Source: Tubiluchus corallicola (taxonomy: Eukaryota; Animalia; Priapulida). Taken from it: a stretch of 49,030 bases of DNA. Of the stretch, positions 27,790 to 40,200 are shown in pieces. The notes beneath the pieces are model-generated. The model did not search any database and had not been told where the DNA came from. It saw only the letters and a list, made by a program, of their open reading frames with translations. The position numbers were made by a program, and so were the translations under genes. How positions within the stretch are numbered: the stretch's first letter is position 1; every line of letters begins with the position of its first letter. The DNA lies in NCBI GenBank assembly GCA_030141605.1, contig JAQGDQ010000780.1, forward strand, positions 1 to 49,030, in the 5' to 3' direction.

Positions 27790-28360
27790 TTGCTAACTTT
27801 GGTGCAATGAATCATCAAAATAAAATTTGTTTATGTGGTCATGTTATACAAAACAAATTGCAACAGAGCTTAAATTCTTCTGCAGATATTTCAAAAGTTT
27901 GGCAATTTCTACGTGTTTCAAAACAAACTCGTTGGCTGCTAGTCGACGGGCCGCCGTCACTTTGTTTACATCATTACATAAGTGCAAACACGAAGCGTGT
28001 AAAAATGCAAGCTTAGCTTGTATGTCAGCATGTTTAAGTGGTTTAATCAGAGTCAATTATAGAGCGAAAAATATAGAGTCAATTATGCGGAGTTATTTGA
28101 GTCAATTGCCGACAGTTTTTATATACATTTGCGTAGGAGCAACCAGTACTTAGGCATCATTGAGACAGTTAGATGATTGACTTTATGATTACCATGATTT
28201 TAATACACGGCGCCTACTTGTATTAGCTTAGTATCGTGAAATTTGGACCGACGTCTCCCCCCCCGGCAAACCGAGACATGAGTGTACATAAACACTTATA
28301 TGGTTATTTAACTCTTTCAAATGTTGTCTGTTTAATAGTTTTATGCATTTCTGTTTGCAG

Positions 28361-28475
28361 TGCCTGTACTGCTTCACGGATAACAAGTGTAAGCTCTATC
28401 CCACAAACACCATCCTGCCAGGTAAAACCGTTTGTAAGTTAAGCGATGCTCGATGGGGACCTGGTCTTTGCTGGT
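28361..28475 (+). CDS. PTTG1IP: PTTG1IP exon 3 (CLYCFTDNKCKLYPTNTILPGKTVCKLSDARWGPGLCW)
   Basis: Resembles the human PBF segment CLWC..NK.C..YP...LP....CKLS.ARWG.CW. Canonical splice sites. Confidence 0.93.
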
Positions 28476-28520
28476 GTAAGTATCTATTTTTATATGAAGA
28501 TACTATATTGTAAAGCCTGA

Positions 28521-28920
28521 TGTTGTTTTTGTTGTTGGCATCCTTCTGTCTCGGAAGACAATGGAGTGTGCGCCAAGAGAGTCAGTTATTGATCACATTG
28601 ATGGAGCTGCTGCGTCGACTGTGGCTGAGCAGTGCGATCCTTGAACGTCTCCAGGGCGCACGCCTGGGCAAGGTGTATTGGAGATCCTGAGTTGCCCAAA
28701 CAGCAGGAACCCCCTCTCTGCCTCCCTGGTGTAGTCCAAAGGAAAGCGGAGCAATACGTTTGGCACCAGGTTGGCTACCGGAGTCAGTGAGCATGCTGCA
28801 CTGGTCCGCCTTCGGGTCTCCACTCCTGATTTGGAAAGTTTACTCCTCTACACATGGCCGTTCGGTCACTTGACCTCCTCTGCCCTCTAGCCGTTGACTG
28901 CTTGTGCAGCTCCTCCGCCT
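28521..28920 (-). mobile_element. Second non-autonomous RTE-derived mini-element (structured 5' region, short RTE 3' end, (AAC)n tail)
   Basis: GC-rich island. Minus strand ends ...AHSIVFRDRRMP followed by aacaacaaaaacaac, an RTE-like terminus. No TSD found. Confidence 0.6.
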
Positions 28921-29328
28921 ATTTCATGTGCCATTTTTACTTGTTCCATTTTACCTGTGCCGTTTTTTGCCGTAACATTTTTTCCTGTGCCATTTTTACT
29001 TCTTCCATTTTTACCTGTGCTGTTTTTTGCCGTAACATTTTTTCATGTGCCATTTTTACTTGTTCCATTTTTACCTGTGCCATTTTTTGAATTTACTGAA
29101 TTCAAATTTTATTGAATTTACATTACTTGATTGGTTAGGAATTGCGCTTCACAATTGTGTGAGGAGTAGAAAACTACAAAAATTATGAAATGTAGCGTAA
29201 TCTCTGCTTAATGAGAGCAGTTTTTCATGAACCCGAGCAAAATGCTGCAAACGCTTCCGGGTCTGAACTAGTTCTGAGCCTTAGCTGCTAAAGGAGTGCT
29301 AATAAAAATTTCATTTTGTCTGTTTTAG

Positions 29329-29443
29329 TCAATCTACAGGCACTGGTTATAGCGATGGCATGCGTTGCCGTGGCGTTGATCGCCGGATGCTGTTGCTGTA
29401 TCTACTGTTGCTGCTGCCGTACCAAGAAAAAGACGTCAATCAG
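29329..29443 (+). CDS. PTTG1IP: PTTG1IP exon 4 (TM helix and poly-Cys: FNLQALVIAMACVAVALIAGCCCCIYCCCCRTKKKTSIR)
   Basis: ttttag / AG|gtgaat; phases 1 and 2 fit; TM followed by Cys cluster and basic residues. Confidence 0.93.
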
Positions 29444-29743
29444 GTGAATTAAAGATGTTACTATAGAAACATTGGTAGCGCCGTTTGATGAAACTGCCGT
29501 AGAAAAATAACTTGATGATGTTGATAAGGAGTGGGTAACCATGGCAACCCTCTTGTGATCTTAACTAGCCGACTGATTTCTTAAGAAACGGCACAGACAA
29601 GGATTTTACTGAAACAAAAATTTGAAAACGATACGAAATCTGATTTTTTTTTGCCAAAAGCCGAATCGATGCTGAACCGATAGACAAAACAAAAATCAAA
29701 GCTGATATGAAAACTGAAATGCCTTTTGAGAACTGGTTAATAA

Positions 29744-30100
29744 ACCTTTTCACAGTTGCAGCGGTTGATGATGATCGTGAAAAGGTCAAAGGTCAAGTAA
29801 ACCAGACAATGCATTTGTGTACACTTGACAACACCTCGCAGTCTATGCTATTGTAATAGCAACAGTTTTAACAGTTAGCTAGAACCTTACTTAGTTCATT
29901 TTGTCTTGTTTCCAAGCAAGATCCTGCTAGTAAATCACTCTACGAACAGACTAATGCATAATTAAGTAAAGTCCATCTAAAACAACTGAAGTTACTGAAC
30001 TGATGTTTTGCATTATCCACATGTCCCGTGACGGTTGTAGTTTAGACACATTGCTGTGGTACACTTAACCTTTGACCTACAGCAACCAAACTGTGAAAAG
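29744..30100. mobile_element. CCTTTTCACAGT MITE copy in PTTG1IP intron 4
   Basis: ccttttcacagtt...aactgtgaaaag; homologous to the 6.2 and 7.0 kb copies. Confidence 0.75.
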
Positions 30101-30922
30101 ACTTGTTGTAATAAGAAATGAGACTTAACCATTGTAATTACCATGACTTGGTTCAAAGCAAGTTATTATGGAGGAACAAAGTTATCCAGTATTCAGATTC
30201 CTGGAGTATAGTAAGTCTACAATGATGAAATACAAACTTTATTATCATACAAAGCAGAGAAATTGCTGCAATGGCAGGCGTGCAAAAACTCAAATTTTAT
30301 GTGAAACAATTCAAATTATTGAGATCACCTTACAAAGACGTGAAAGTTACTGCTTGGAGTCAAATTTTTTTTAGTTCAGATGGTACTGTCAGGGTCTCGT
30401 TTATATTGTACCTGTAGACTGTAGCATTTACATTTAAGCCAAGTGAAGTCTGATGATTTCAAGTACCATTTTTTATCATTTAGGCAAGACATTAAGACAA
30501 AATGAATCACTTCAGCAAATGTGCAAAACTAGCTATTTTCGGCTAAAATTTTAGTTACTTGTAGCTAAAGTTTTAGCTACTTTTGGCTAAAGTTTTAGCT
30601 CTTTTAGCTAATGTTTTAGCTACTTTTAGCTAATGTTTTAGCTACTTTTAGCTAAAGTTTTAGCTACTTTTAGCTAAAGTTTTAGTTATTTTTTCAGGTA
30701 ATATATGTCTGCATGTTATTACATTATTTTCATGACAGAGTTTTACCGATAGCAAAATGAAAATGTAGGAACTGATGCGTAGTTATTGTCAAAAAAAAAA
30801 CAACAGAATCCTGTACATAAGTTTTTGGTAAACAGTAGTGAAATTATCGGTTCTGTAACAAACCTGGTATAGATAATGTTCAAACAAAAAGTAAAAATGC
30901 ATAAATTTTAAATGTTCTTCAG

Positions 30923-30988
30923 ATTTGTCCAAGAAGATGAAGCAGAACAAAGAAAGAAAGAAGAACGACAGCAAAAGCATGACATGAA
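30923..30988 (+). CDS. PTTG1IP: PTTG1IP exon 5 (FVQEDEAEQRKKEERQQKHDMK)
   Basis: ttcttcag / AA|gtaagt; charged helix; phase 2-2. Confidence 0.88.
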
Positions 30989-31816
30989 GTAAGTCTCTTT
31001 GTTATTGCTGATGTGTAGCAGTGAAAACTGCATTAATAGAAGCTGAAACTGAGTCAGTTGCGACTAGATCAGCTGACTCACACAGTATATTTGCTAGCTC
31101 GACTGAGGTTGACTGACTTTTTAGCCGAGTTGGCTTAAAGAAAAAAATCAGCTAACTCAGCTAAAGGTACGAAATTTTGTTAACTAAATAAATGATCAAT
31201 TGTTATTTAAATGTTAAATTATGGAGATAATTTTTTTAAGTAATGTGGCCTATTTGTATATTTAATTTTGAATTGAGCAGCTTTCTCATTCAAAAGTTTC
31301 TAAAGTTTAGTATCTCTGCCAGCACACGCACAATCTGACAGCGAATCTGCAATGCATTTGCCATATTTCAACCAGTGATTTGCAGTGTCGCCAACAGTCA
31401 ACTCGACTCCCATCGCTGTACGGCTGGTGCTACTAAAGCTGGGTTTCTTTTCGGCTAGCTAGACTGTAGAATAAACTGGCTGTAGCTCAGCTGAAATGGT
31501 GACTTCGGACTTTAAATGGTTAATAAAGATAGCAGGTGGTTTCCTTTTAATACACCACAAGCTGTTACAAATCATTCATTTCTTTAACAAGTGCTTGGTA
31601 ACACTGATAGATGCTGCCATCTAGTGAGGAAAAAAGCAATCTGTTGCTTAAATTCGAATGGCAGAGTGTGGCTTTCTCAGTTTTTGCAAGCAGTTAATAA
31701 CTGGGAAGCAATTAGTGATTAATAATTATAATTAGTTAAGTAGTTCTAGGATGTTTGTTTGTCAATTGTTACAAATTTGTCACGTATAGCTAACATGTGT
31801 GCGTTGCTTCACTTAG

Positions 31817-31863
31817 GATGGCTGAAAGAAGAGCAAAACATGACGATATTCGACGTAAATATG
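31817..31863 (+). CDS. PTTG1IP: PTTG1IP exon 6 (MAERRAKHDDIRRKYG)
   Basis: Family motif HD.IR.KYG; cacttag / G|gtacgt. Confidence 0.93.
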
Positions 31864-31949
31864 GTACGTTCTCTTGTTATTTACAAAATAGTACCATGTC
31901 AATACTCTACTTTATGTGTGGTTTTGAAGTACATTATCGTGAACTTGAT

Positions 31950-32160
31950 GGGGCCTGGAAAAGAGTACCCTATAAAGAGGGGGCCTGGAAAAGAGTACCC
32001 TATAAAGAGGGGGCCTGGAAAAGAGTACCCTATAAAGAGGGGGCCTGGAAAAGAGTACCCTATAAAGAGGGGACCTGGAAAAGAGTAACCTATAAAGAGG
32101 GGGCCTGGAAAAGAGTACCCTATAAAGAGGGGGCCTGGAAAAGAGTACCCTATAAAGAGG
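31950..32160. repeat. Minisatellite, 30 bp x 7
   Basis: Unit ggggcctggaaaagagtaccctataaagag. Confidence 0.95.
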
Positions 32161-33959
32161 TACTTTATGAGCACACTCAGCTAATTAGTTGACTGAGTCG
32201 GAGTCGGGATTCTGGAGTGCACTTATTGTTAGAGGAGTTGGTAAAAAATAGACAAACTCAAACTCCAGTTACTCTTAACACCTTTATGCATAACGTCGCA
32301 TTTTGGAACGCTTTCGTATCGCTGTCTACGCAGTTAGACTGATTTTTGAGCATAAGAAGTAGTGATAAAATGCCTCTGTAGCTGAATGAGAGAGAATTTT
32401 TTAATATCTTGGCAGTTTTAGACGAAATACTCAAATGTTCTTCACAAATTCTTACTTTAAAATGTGTGAATATTTTGCCACCAAGGTAAGCAGCTGCTGC
32501 ATTGAAATCGTTAAATACAACCAGACTGTAAGAATCCGGGTATTTTGAGTTTAAATGGCATGAAAAGGACAAAATTATTGCCAGATTTTAACACAATACG
32601 TAGCTGGATATGGGGGGGGGGGTGCAAGTTGTTTCACAATTCGATTGATTTTGTTTTTCACTTGCAAACATTGAGTCCCAGTGAATTTGTAAACTAATAA
32701 TAATGATTTTCGACAAAAGTTCAATCTTTTCAATTTCAAATTCTCCACCAAAACTGCAGATATTCCAAAAATCCAAAGTTTTGCTAACAGCATAGTTTCC
32801 ATGTGTTGTAAATTTATAATATTACAATGTTACACATTACAATGTAGTGTCGACAATATTACAATTTTATCTACAATATTATACATTCTTTAGCTACTGA
32901 TATGAAATATTTTATCAGTTATCAAGTATCAGACCATCTTTAATAGTTTTAAGAATCAAATTGTTTTACTTTTTTCTGCTTGCAAAGGCATTGAAATTCG
33001 ACTTCCGGGTAAAAAAGGTTTGTATCGACTAACTGCCTTCTACAAGTTCAAATTTTCACAGAGAAGTTTTAATTTCCATAAATGTTTCATAAGAGCAAAA
33101 GAACAAGTTTTGCCTTTTTCTGACTAAGTAAAATCATTTATAAGTCATTTCCGGTCAATTTCTTCATGAGCAGGTGTTAATTTTCTCATGTAAAATTACC
33201 AAAGCTGTTTACTCATTCTGAATTTTTACAGCTTCTTATATTGCTTTGTGAATGTAAGTGATTGTAGTGTGTTAGTGCGTTAAATGTACCGTTTGCACTC
33301 CAAAATTACCAAAGCCGTTTACTCATTAAACATTTTTAGCAGTCTGACATGTTTATATTGTTTCTGAATTTTTGCAGTTTCTTATGTTGCCTTATGAATC
33401 TAAGTATTTGTGGTGTGTTAGTACGTTAAATGTACCGTTTGCACTCCAAAATTTTACTGTTCTGAATCTGAAAAGCACCTTTGATGTAAAAAATTCAAAT
33501 TTTTTATATATTCAGCTTTTTGTGACCTAGTTTGCCCATTTGGTGTAAAAAATTGCAGTTTTTGTTATATAGTAAACTTTTTGTGGCCTAGTTTGCCCAT
33601 TTGGTATAAAAATTTGAGTTTTTTTTACTATACTAATCATTTCAGCATCTAGTTCTAAACTGTTTACAAAACAACACATACTGTAGGTACTCACTAATTA
33701 TTATGTAAGGTTTTATAGTATAATTTAAACAGAAGCAATGCAGTGGAACAGGAAATTGTCTTATTAAATTGAAAGTAAAATTAAACGTAACTTATTAACT
33801 TTAACTGTAAAGTAGAAATTAAAAATAAAAATGTCAAATTGAAGAAGGAATAATTATGGTGTAACATCTGCAGTTGTTTTCTTCTGTGTATGATAATGTG
33901 TTTATCTTCGTTAACCTTGACCAATAAGTAGGACTAATAAGCGATAATTAACATTACAG

Positions 33960-34006
33960 GTTTGATGAAAGATGAAGTTCCGTACCAGAAGTTTGATGAT
34001 GCGTAA
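33960..34006 (+). CDS. PTTG1IP: PTTG1IP last coding exon (GLMKDEVPYQKFDDA*)
   Basis: Branch-like gactaat, ttacag acceptor, YxxF endocytosis motif (human PYARF), TAA. Joined CDS is 552 nt = 183 aa. Confidence 0.92.
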
Positions 34007-34097
34007 ACTGAGGATCAGCGAGGGAGAACTCGGCTGCATGTGATAATGTATTTTAACCGTATTGCTGCTTGTTCCAATTATGCTTGCATTTGAGTTG

Positions 34098-34468
34098 ACC
34101 AAATATGGTCATTTTTAATTCCTTTGGTCTTTAAATCAGTCAAAACTTCATGTAATGTCACCAAATATGGTCATCTTTAATTCCATTGATCTTTCAATCA
34201 GCCAAAACTTCATGTAATGTCACCAAATATGGTCATCTTTAATTCCTTTGGTCTTTCAATCGGCCAAAACTTAATGTAATGTCACCAAATATGGTCATCT
34301 TTAATTCCATTGAACTTTAAATCAGCCAAAACTTCATGTAATGTCACCAAATATGGTCATCTTTAATTCCTTTGGTCTTTCAATCGGCCAAAACTTAACA
34401 ATGTCTCCAAATATAGTCGTGTTTAATTCCATTGAACTTTAAATCAGCCAAAACTTCATGTTATGTCA
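34098..34468. repeat. Tandem repeat, 62 bp x 6, just 3' of the PTTG1IP stop
   Basis: caccaaatatggtcatctttaattcc recurs. Confidence 0.92.
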
Positions 34469-34968
34469 AGTTAAATGGGTTCCTGCTTCTGATCAGCATA
34501 GATTTTCGTATTTGATTGGCGCATTATTGATTTTTGCGCATTATTGATAAACTTTCAAGCAGTAGTGCTTTCATATTAGTTGTAATTATGCATGAAATCG
34601 TTTATAATTATTCCATATGTTTAAAAATACATTTAGACTAGTAAATCCGACTTGAAAATTGAAAACCCATTTATTGCTAACTTTTAATTAGACGGCTTTT
34701 TAAGAACAACATTTTTAGCACATTATGTACAAGAAATCCAGATTTTTTTCTCGTAACGATTTATTTTGCGATTTTTGCTAGTGGGAGTAAATTTGCAAGA
34801 TTAAACAGCATGCAGAAACTGTGGGAAACGTGTCGTTATAAAAATTTTACTATTTTGCGTCTGATGTTCTGCTGATTCGTGTGAAAAATTTGCAAATATT
34901 GAAATCACAGCTTCAGGAATAGATGTCATTTTTAAACTTACTGAATAACTACATTGTTCCATGTTAAG

Positions 34969-36329
34969 TCAGTGCACAGGAACACCGGCTCAGCTGGTCG
35001 GTGCATAGGAACACCGGCTCAGCTGGTCAGTGCATAGGAACACCGGCTCAGCCGGTCGGTGCATAGAAACACCGGCTCAGCCGGTCGGTGCATAGGAACA
35101 CCGGCTCAGCTGATCGGTGCATAGGAACACCGGCTCAGCTGGTCGGTGCATAGGAACACCGGCTCGGCTGGTCGGTGCATAGGAACACCGGCTCAGCTGG
35201 TCGGTGCATAGGAACACCGGCTCAGCTGATCGGTGCATAGGAACACCGGCTCAGCTGGTCAGTGCATAGGAACACCGGCTCAGCTGATCGGTGCATAGGA
35301 ACACCGGCTCAGCTGGTCAGTGCATAGGAACACCGGCTCAGCTGGTCAGTGCATAGAAACACCGGCTCAGCTGGTCAGTGCATAGGAACACCGGCTCAGC
35401 TGGTCGGTGCATAGGAACACCGGCTCAGCTGGTCGGTGCATAGGAACACCGGCTCAGCTGGTCAGTGCATAGGAACACCGGCTCAGCTGGTCGGTGCATA
35501 GGAACACCGGCTCAGCTGGTCGGTGCATAGGAACACCGGCTCAGCTGGTCAGTGCATAGGAACACCGGCTCAGCTGGTCAGTGCACAGAAACACCGGCTC
35601 AGCTGGTCAGTGCATAGGAAAACCGGCTCAGCTGGTCGGTGCATAGAAAAACCGGCTCAGCTGGTCGATGCATAGAAACACCGGCTCAGCCGGTCAGTGC
35701 ATAGGAACACCGGCTCAGCTGGTCGGTGCATAGGAACACCGGCTCAGCTGGTCAGTGCATAGAAAAACCGGCTCAGCTGGTCAGTGCATAGGAACACCGG
35801 CTCAGCTGGTCAGTGCATAGAAACACCGGCTCAGCTGGTCAGTGCATAGAAACACCGGCTCAGCTGGTCAGTGCATAGGAACGCCAGCTCAGCTGGTCAG
35901 TGCATAGGAACACCGGCTCAGCTGGTCAGTGCATAGGAACACCGGCTCAGCTGGTCAGTGCATAGGAACACCGGCTCAGCTGGTCAGTGCATAGGAACAC
36001 CGGCTCAGCTGGTCGGTGCATAGAAACACCGGCTCAGCTGGTCGGTGCATAGGAACACCGGCTCAGCTGGTCAGTGCATAGGAACACCGGCTCAGCTGGT
36101 CAGTGCATAGAAACACCGGCTCAGCTGGTCGGTGCATAGGAACACCGGCTCAGCTGGTCAGTGCATAGAAACACCGGCTCAGCTGGTCGGTGCATAGGAA
36201 CACCGGCTCAGCTGGTCGGTGCATAGGAAGACCGGCTCAGCTGGTCAGTGCATAGAAACACCAGCTCAGCTGGTCAGTGCATAGAAACACCGGCTCAGCT
36301 GGTCAGTGTATAGGAACACCGGCTCGGCT
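34969..36329. repeat. GC-rich minisatellite, 29 bp x about 46
   Basis: Unit ggaacaccggctcagctggtcRgtgcata. Confidence 0.96.
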
Positions 36330-36939
36330 TAATTGTGAACTTTAGTAAAGGTGCAAAATGTTCTCTATGTTCTCTTGACATGTACAAAGTTCTAATACAT
36401 CAAAAACAAAAAAGGTATCATTAATTGTAAAATCGCAAAACTTGCGTCCATGATACACCTAAGTGTCCAGCCAAGTGGAAAAATGCAATTGCTTTTCTTG
36501 CTTATATGTTCTGAAGTGAAGAACCTTGTTAACTTGTAATTCTTGGACCAACATGCGATACTACCTGATATAATTAAGTACTAATATAAATTATTAATAT
36601 TTGTTTATTATTATAAATGTTTTAAGTGTGACGACTTTGTTATCGTAACTGATTTTTATCAGTTATTTGCGAGTTTCATCCATTTCAATAGCGGATTCTG
36701 TCTGTTACAGTAGGACTAATTGTGATCTGATACCCTTTGAATATTCATTTGTGAATATGATTATTGTAACGGAATGGAGATTTTTATTTTGAATAACGAC
36801 TGTATTAAAATAAAATGAGTAAATAAACTGCAGTAATTGATATACATGAGATATTCACTTTAAATATTTGTGATTCTTATTTATCTGTTCTGTGATCCAT
36901 CACTCCGTCACACGATCATGTAGTGGCAGTATGTAGATA

Positions 36940-37445
36940 GTTGTAGCAGGACAAGCACCTATGCTCATATCAAGGATAATTCTTTAAGATGAGCCACTGA
37001 ACCAGAAGGAGTGTGTCATCGTTTGGGTGCAGTATGGCAGGTGAAACCACCCGAGGTAGTTTTTCTAGTCGTCCATCCACTTACTAGTCAACCTCAGTGT
37101 TGTTTAACTTGTTGACTCTTGAATTAAGTCTGTCTTATACGGTTCTCTAATAAAATAGTTTTTCTGGTGGTCACCCTTCCACTTACTAATCAGACTCAGC
37201 GTTGTTTAACTTGCTGATTTGCTTGAATTAACACTGTCTTATACGGCCTCTGGTAACGGATGCAAAAATGTAAGTGGTTGCCCATCCAGTTACTAATGAA
37301 CCGCAGTGTTGTTTAATTTGCTGATTATCTTGTATTACACTATTTTAAACGGGCTCTAGTAACGGAAGCAAAAGCATAAGTGGTTTCCCATCCACTTACT
37401 AATGAACCGCAGTGTTGTTTAACTTGCTCATTGGTTTTTGAATTA
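36940..37445 (-). mobile_element. 5S rRNA-derived SINE-like element with four tandem 5S-like heads
   Basis: Minus strand aagttaaacaacgctgagtctgattagtaagtggaagggtgacc aligns by eye with the 5S internal control region (box A AGTTAAGCA, TTAGTA, box C GGATGGGTGACC). Repeated four times at about 110-bp spacing. Confidence 0.7.
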
Positions 37446-38019
37446 CCAGCATTACGAATAGTTTCGAACGCAATGCTCTAATCACTTGTATTTTATACAC
37501 GAGTATACGAAAATGGCAAAACAATGCAGATTTGGTTTTTAAATTTTTTATTACGCATCAAGAATAACAACAGAGAAATCAGAGGAAATAACAACGACAA
37601 CAACAATAACAACAACGATGAAATGCAAGATTAAATTTCACATAAATTAGCCCGATTTGGTAATTTAGAATTGAAATCAATCAATCATAAATCAAAATGT
37701 AAATTTTGTCTGCAAAGTAATTTCACAGCTATAAAAACTAAAAGTAATGATTTTTTAAAAAAGATACATTAATACATAAACAAAGTCATGCAAAGAGATT
37801 GTTTACAAGTCTCAAATTGTAAATAAACTTAGAGTGAAAAAAATTGCAAATAAAGCTATAGGATGGTATATGGCAAAATAGAATTAAAACCCCGCAGTGA
37901 TTTAAAAATGAAACCAAATACTGAGATTCATAAACGAAGCCAGACTATGGAGAGAGAGACAATAAGTTTGTAGTAATTTATAAATGAAGCTGCTTACATA
38001 GTGATGCTGTAATTCAGAG

Positions 38020-38160
38020 GATGCTGACACAGTTCAACTCAAGCTGGTTCAACTGATGCTGACACACTTCAACTCAAGTTGGTTCAACTGATGCTGACAC
38101 ACTTCAACTCAAGTTGATTCAACTGATGCTGACACATTTCAACTCAAGCTGGTTCAACTG
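38020..38160. repeat. Tandem repeat, 35 bp x 4
   Basis: gatgctgacacacttcaactcaagYtggttcaact. Confidence 0.9.
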
Positions 38161-39430
38161 CCAAGCCAAAAATCACTAAAATCTGAAACAACTTTTCTCT
38201 GTGATAACTTGCTATAATGTATGACACACGTGGGATTGTAATCGAAAGATTGAAAGCCATACTTTGTCATACTTTCCATTTCACAGTTTTGTTAAACTTA
38301 CGTGATACGTTGCCTGCCTGTACTGGCTATAATTACTAGTAAATAACCAGTATGCCTATGGAAGCAAACACGATATAAGCACAAGCTTTACTGATACAAC
38401 TAAAGTTGACTGTGTGTCAGTGACCCGACAGACATAGTTTACACAGATGTTGTACAACGGCATACAATGCAAACAGTAAAGCGACAGAATGCAATGCAAG
38501 CACAATTTTTGTCGATACAACTAAAGTTGACTGTGTGTCAATGCCTCGAGACAACCTACAGAACACAGAAACAGTGTGCAAACGTATACGGCACAAAAAA
38601 TAAAGTAACACAAACATTCCGATGCACAAAATCTGCACAGTCAGAGAATTTCATTTCCAAATTCCATGCCATGACGACATTTTCTTAAAGTAATGAATTT
38701 AGAAAAAACACAGTTGCTCACACAATGGCACCGGTTTAATGTTGCAAAAAAATTGAGAAAAATAAAAAGTTTTGATGCTACGAAATAAATGTTCTTATAG
38801 TTGAAAAAATAAAAACTAGTTGTGTATCAACAGAAGAAAAAAACGACATAAATTATGACTGAATCATGCGACTGGGTTATGCATTTATAAAGTTATTAAC
38901 AGATTGGTGTTTGATTTTAACGTCCTTGATAATTAAGTCAATCTGGAAAAGTGAGTTCAATTCTTGACTAAGAACATTTTTTCTAATATTTTTATTATAA
39001 ACTCTAGTCTGTCTGCCAAAAACTAATTAAAAATAATATTCTAATAGTTACATATAGTTAACTACACAATAAACAGACCAATCGGGAATAGTGGGTTCAA
39101 TTCTTGACTAAGAATAGTTTTTTAATAATTTTTTATTAAATCAGTCCCAGTTAATAAACTATTTTGTCGGCATAAATTAATTAAAAATTAATAATTGTAC
39201 TACATATAATTAACTATACAATACGGTATTAATACAGATCTTATCTCGAACGCCATTATACTATAAACCTTGAGATATCTTTCTAATTACTTTTTTATAA
39301 GAAAACGTAATCGCAACATTCTTTAGCTAAACAAGTGTTTATATATACAACTAGGTAAATCACTATATAATAGTTATTAACAGAAATGCATACATTAACA
39401 CAACGAGCCAATGACTAGGAAATGGTCGTA

Positions 39431-40132
39431 CAGGGTGGTTCATAACATTTCGCTAGTGGGTGGCACAAAAGAATGAGTAATAATACAGAACAATTTATTA
39501 CATCAAATCATTGCTGAAAGAATGCAGAATCCTTTATGCCGTCAAAAATTAGCACGAAAGCCTCGTGCATCTTGCACAGCCGGTGATCTTGAAGACAATT
39601 CAAGATCCTCCAATTATCTTGAACATGTCTCACAAGTTTAATACTGATCAACAGCATGTTCTTTCATCATCTCATATGGCTCACATACGAATGCGCAAGC
39701 GGAGACAGTAAAGAAACACGCGACAGATTGGTAATGATCTCACAAGCGCAGAGCTTGAAGTTGAAAATATTTGCATTCTAAAACGTCTACCTTATTCAAA
39801 CTCGTACTTTTTGCGGATCAGTCGACACTTAAAAAATGGCGGCACTTGTACATAAACGGCACGGCGAAAATGAAATAGAATTTTTGAACAAACTTCAGAT
39901 TAATTACCGTAAGTGTTTAGTTCAATCTCATTGGCTAGGCAAACAAAGGAGTCAATCAAGCTTTATTTCAATGTAATCCAAGCGAAAATTTATTTTATAG
40001 CAAAATATTGGCGTCGCTGTTGCTGAAATTAGGACACATCAACCCGATATCTGTTCGTTCCGATATGTTAGTTTGCGTGCCGATCTCGGATTGTTAATCA
40101 GGACATATCTCTGAAAATTATGCACCACCCTG
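39431..40132. mobile_element. Tc1/mariner-type non-autonomous DNA transposon
   Basis: TA flanks; TIRs CAGGGTGGTTCATAA / TTATGCACCACCCTG; no ORF. Confidence 0.8.
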
Positions 40133-40200
40133 TACAGACCATTCTCAAATAAAGTGGAACAACCTGTAGGTGAGTAAAATATAAGACTAGAAAGACAATA

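Noticed and set aside
34969-36329. CRISPR-like array (29-bp palindromic repeats)
   Set aside because: Units abut with no unique spacers, there are no cas genes, and the context is eukaryotic.
37050-37445. Functional 5S rRNA gene cluster
   Set aside because: Only the internal control region resembles 5S; the copies differ from each other and lack intact termini.
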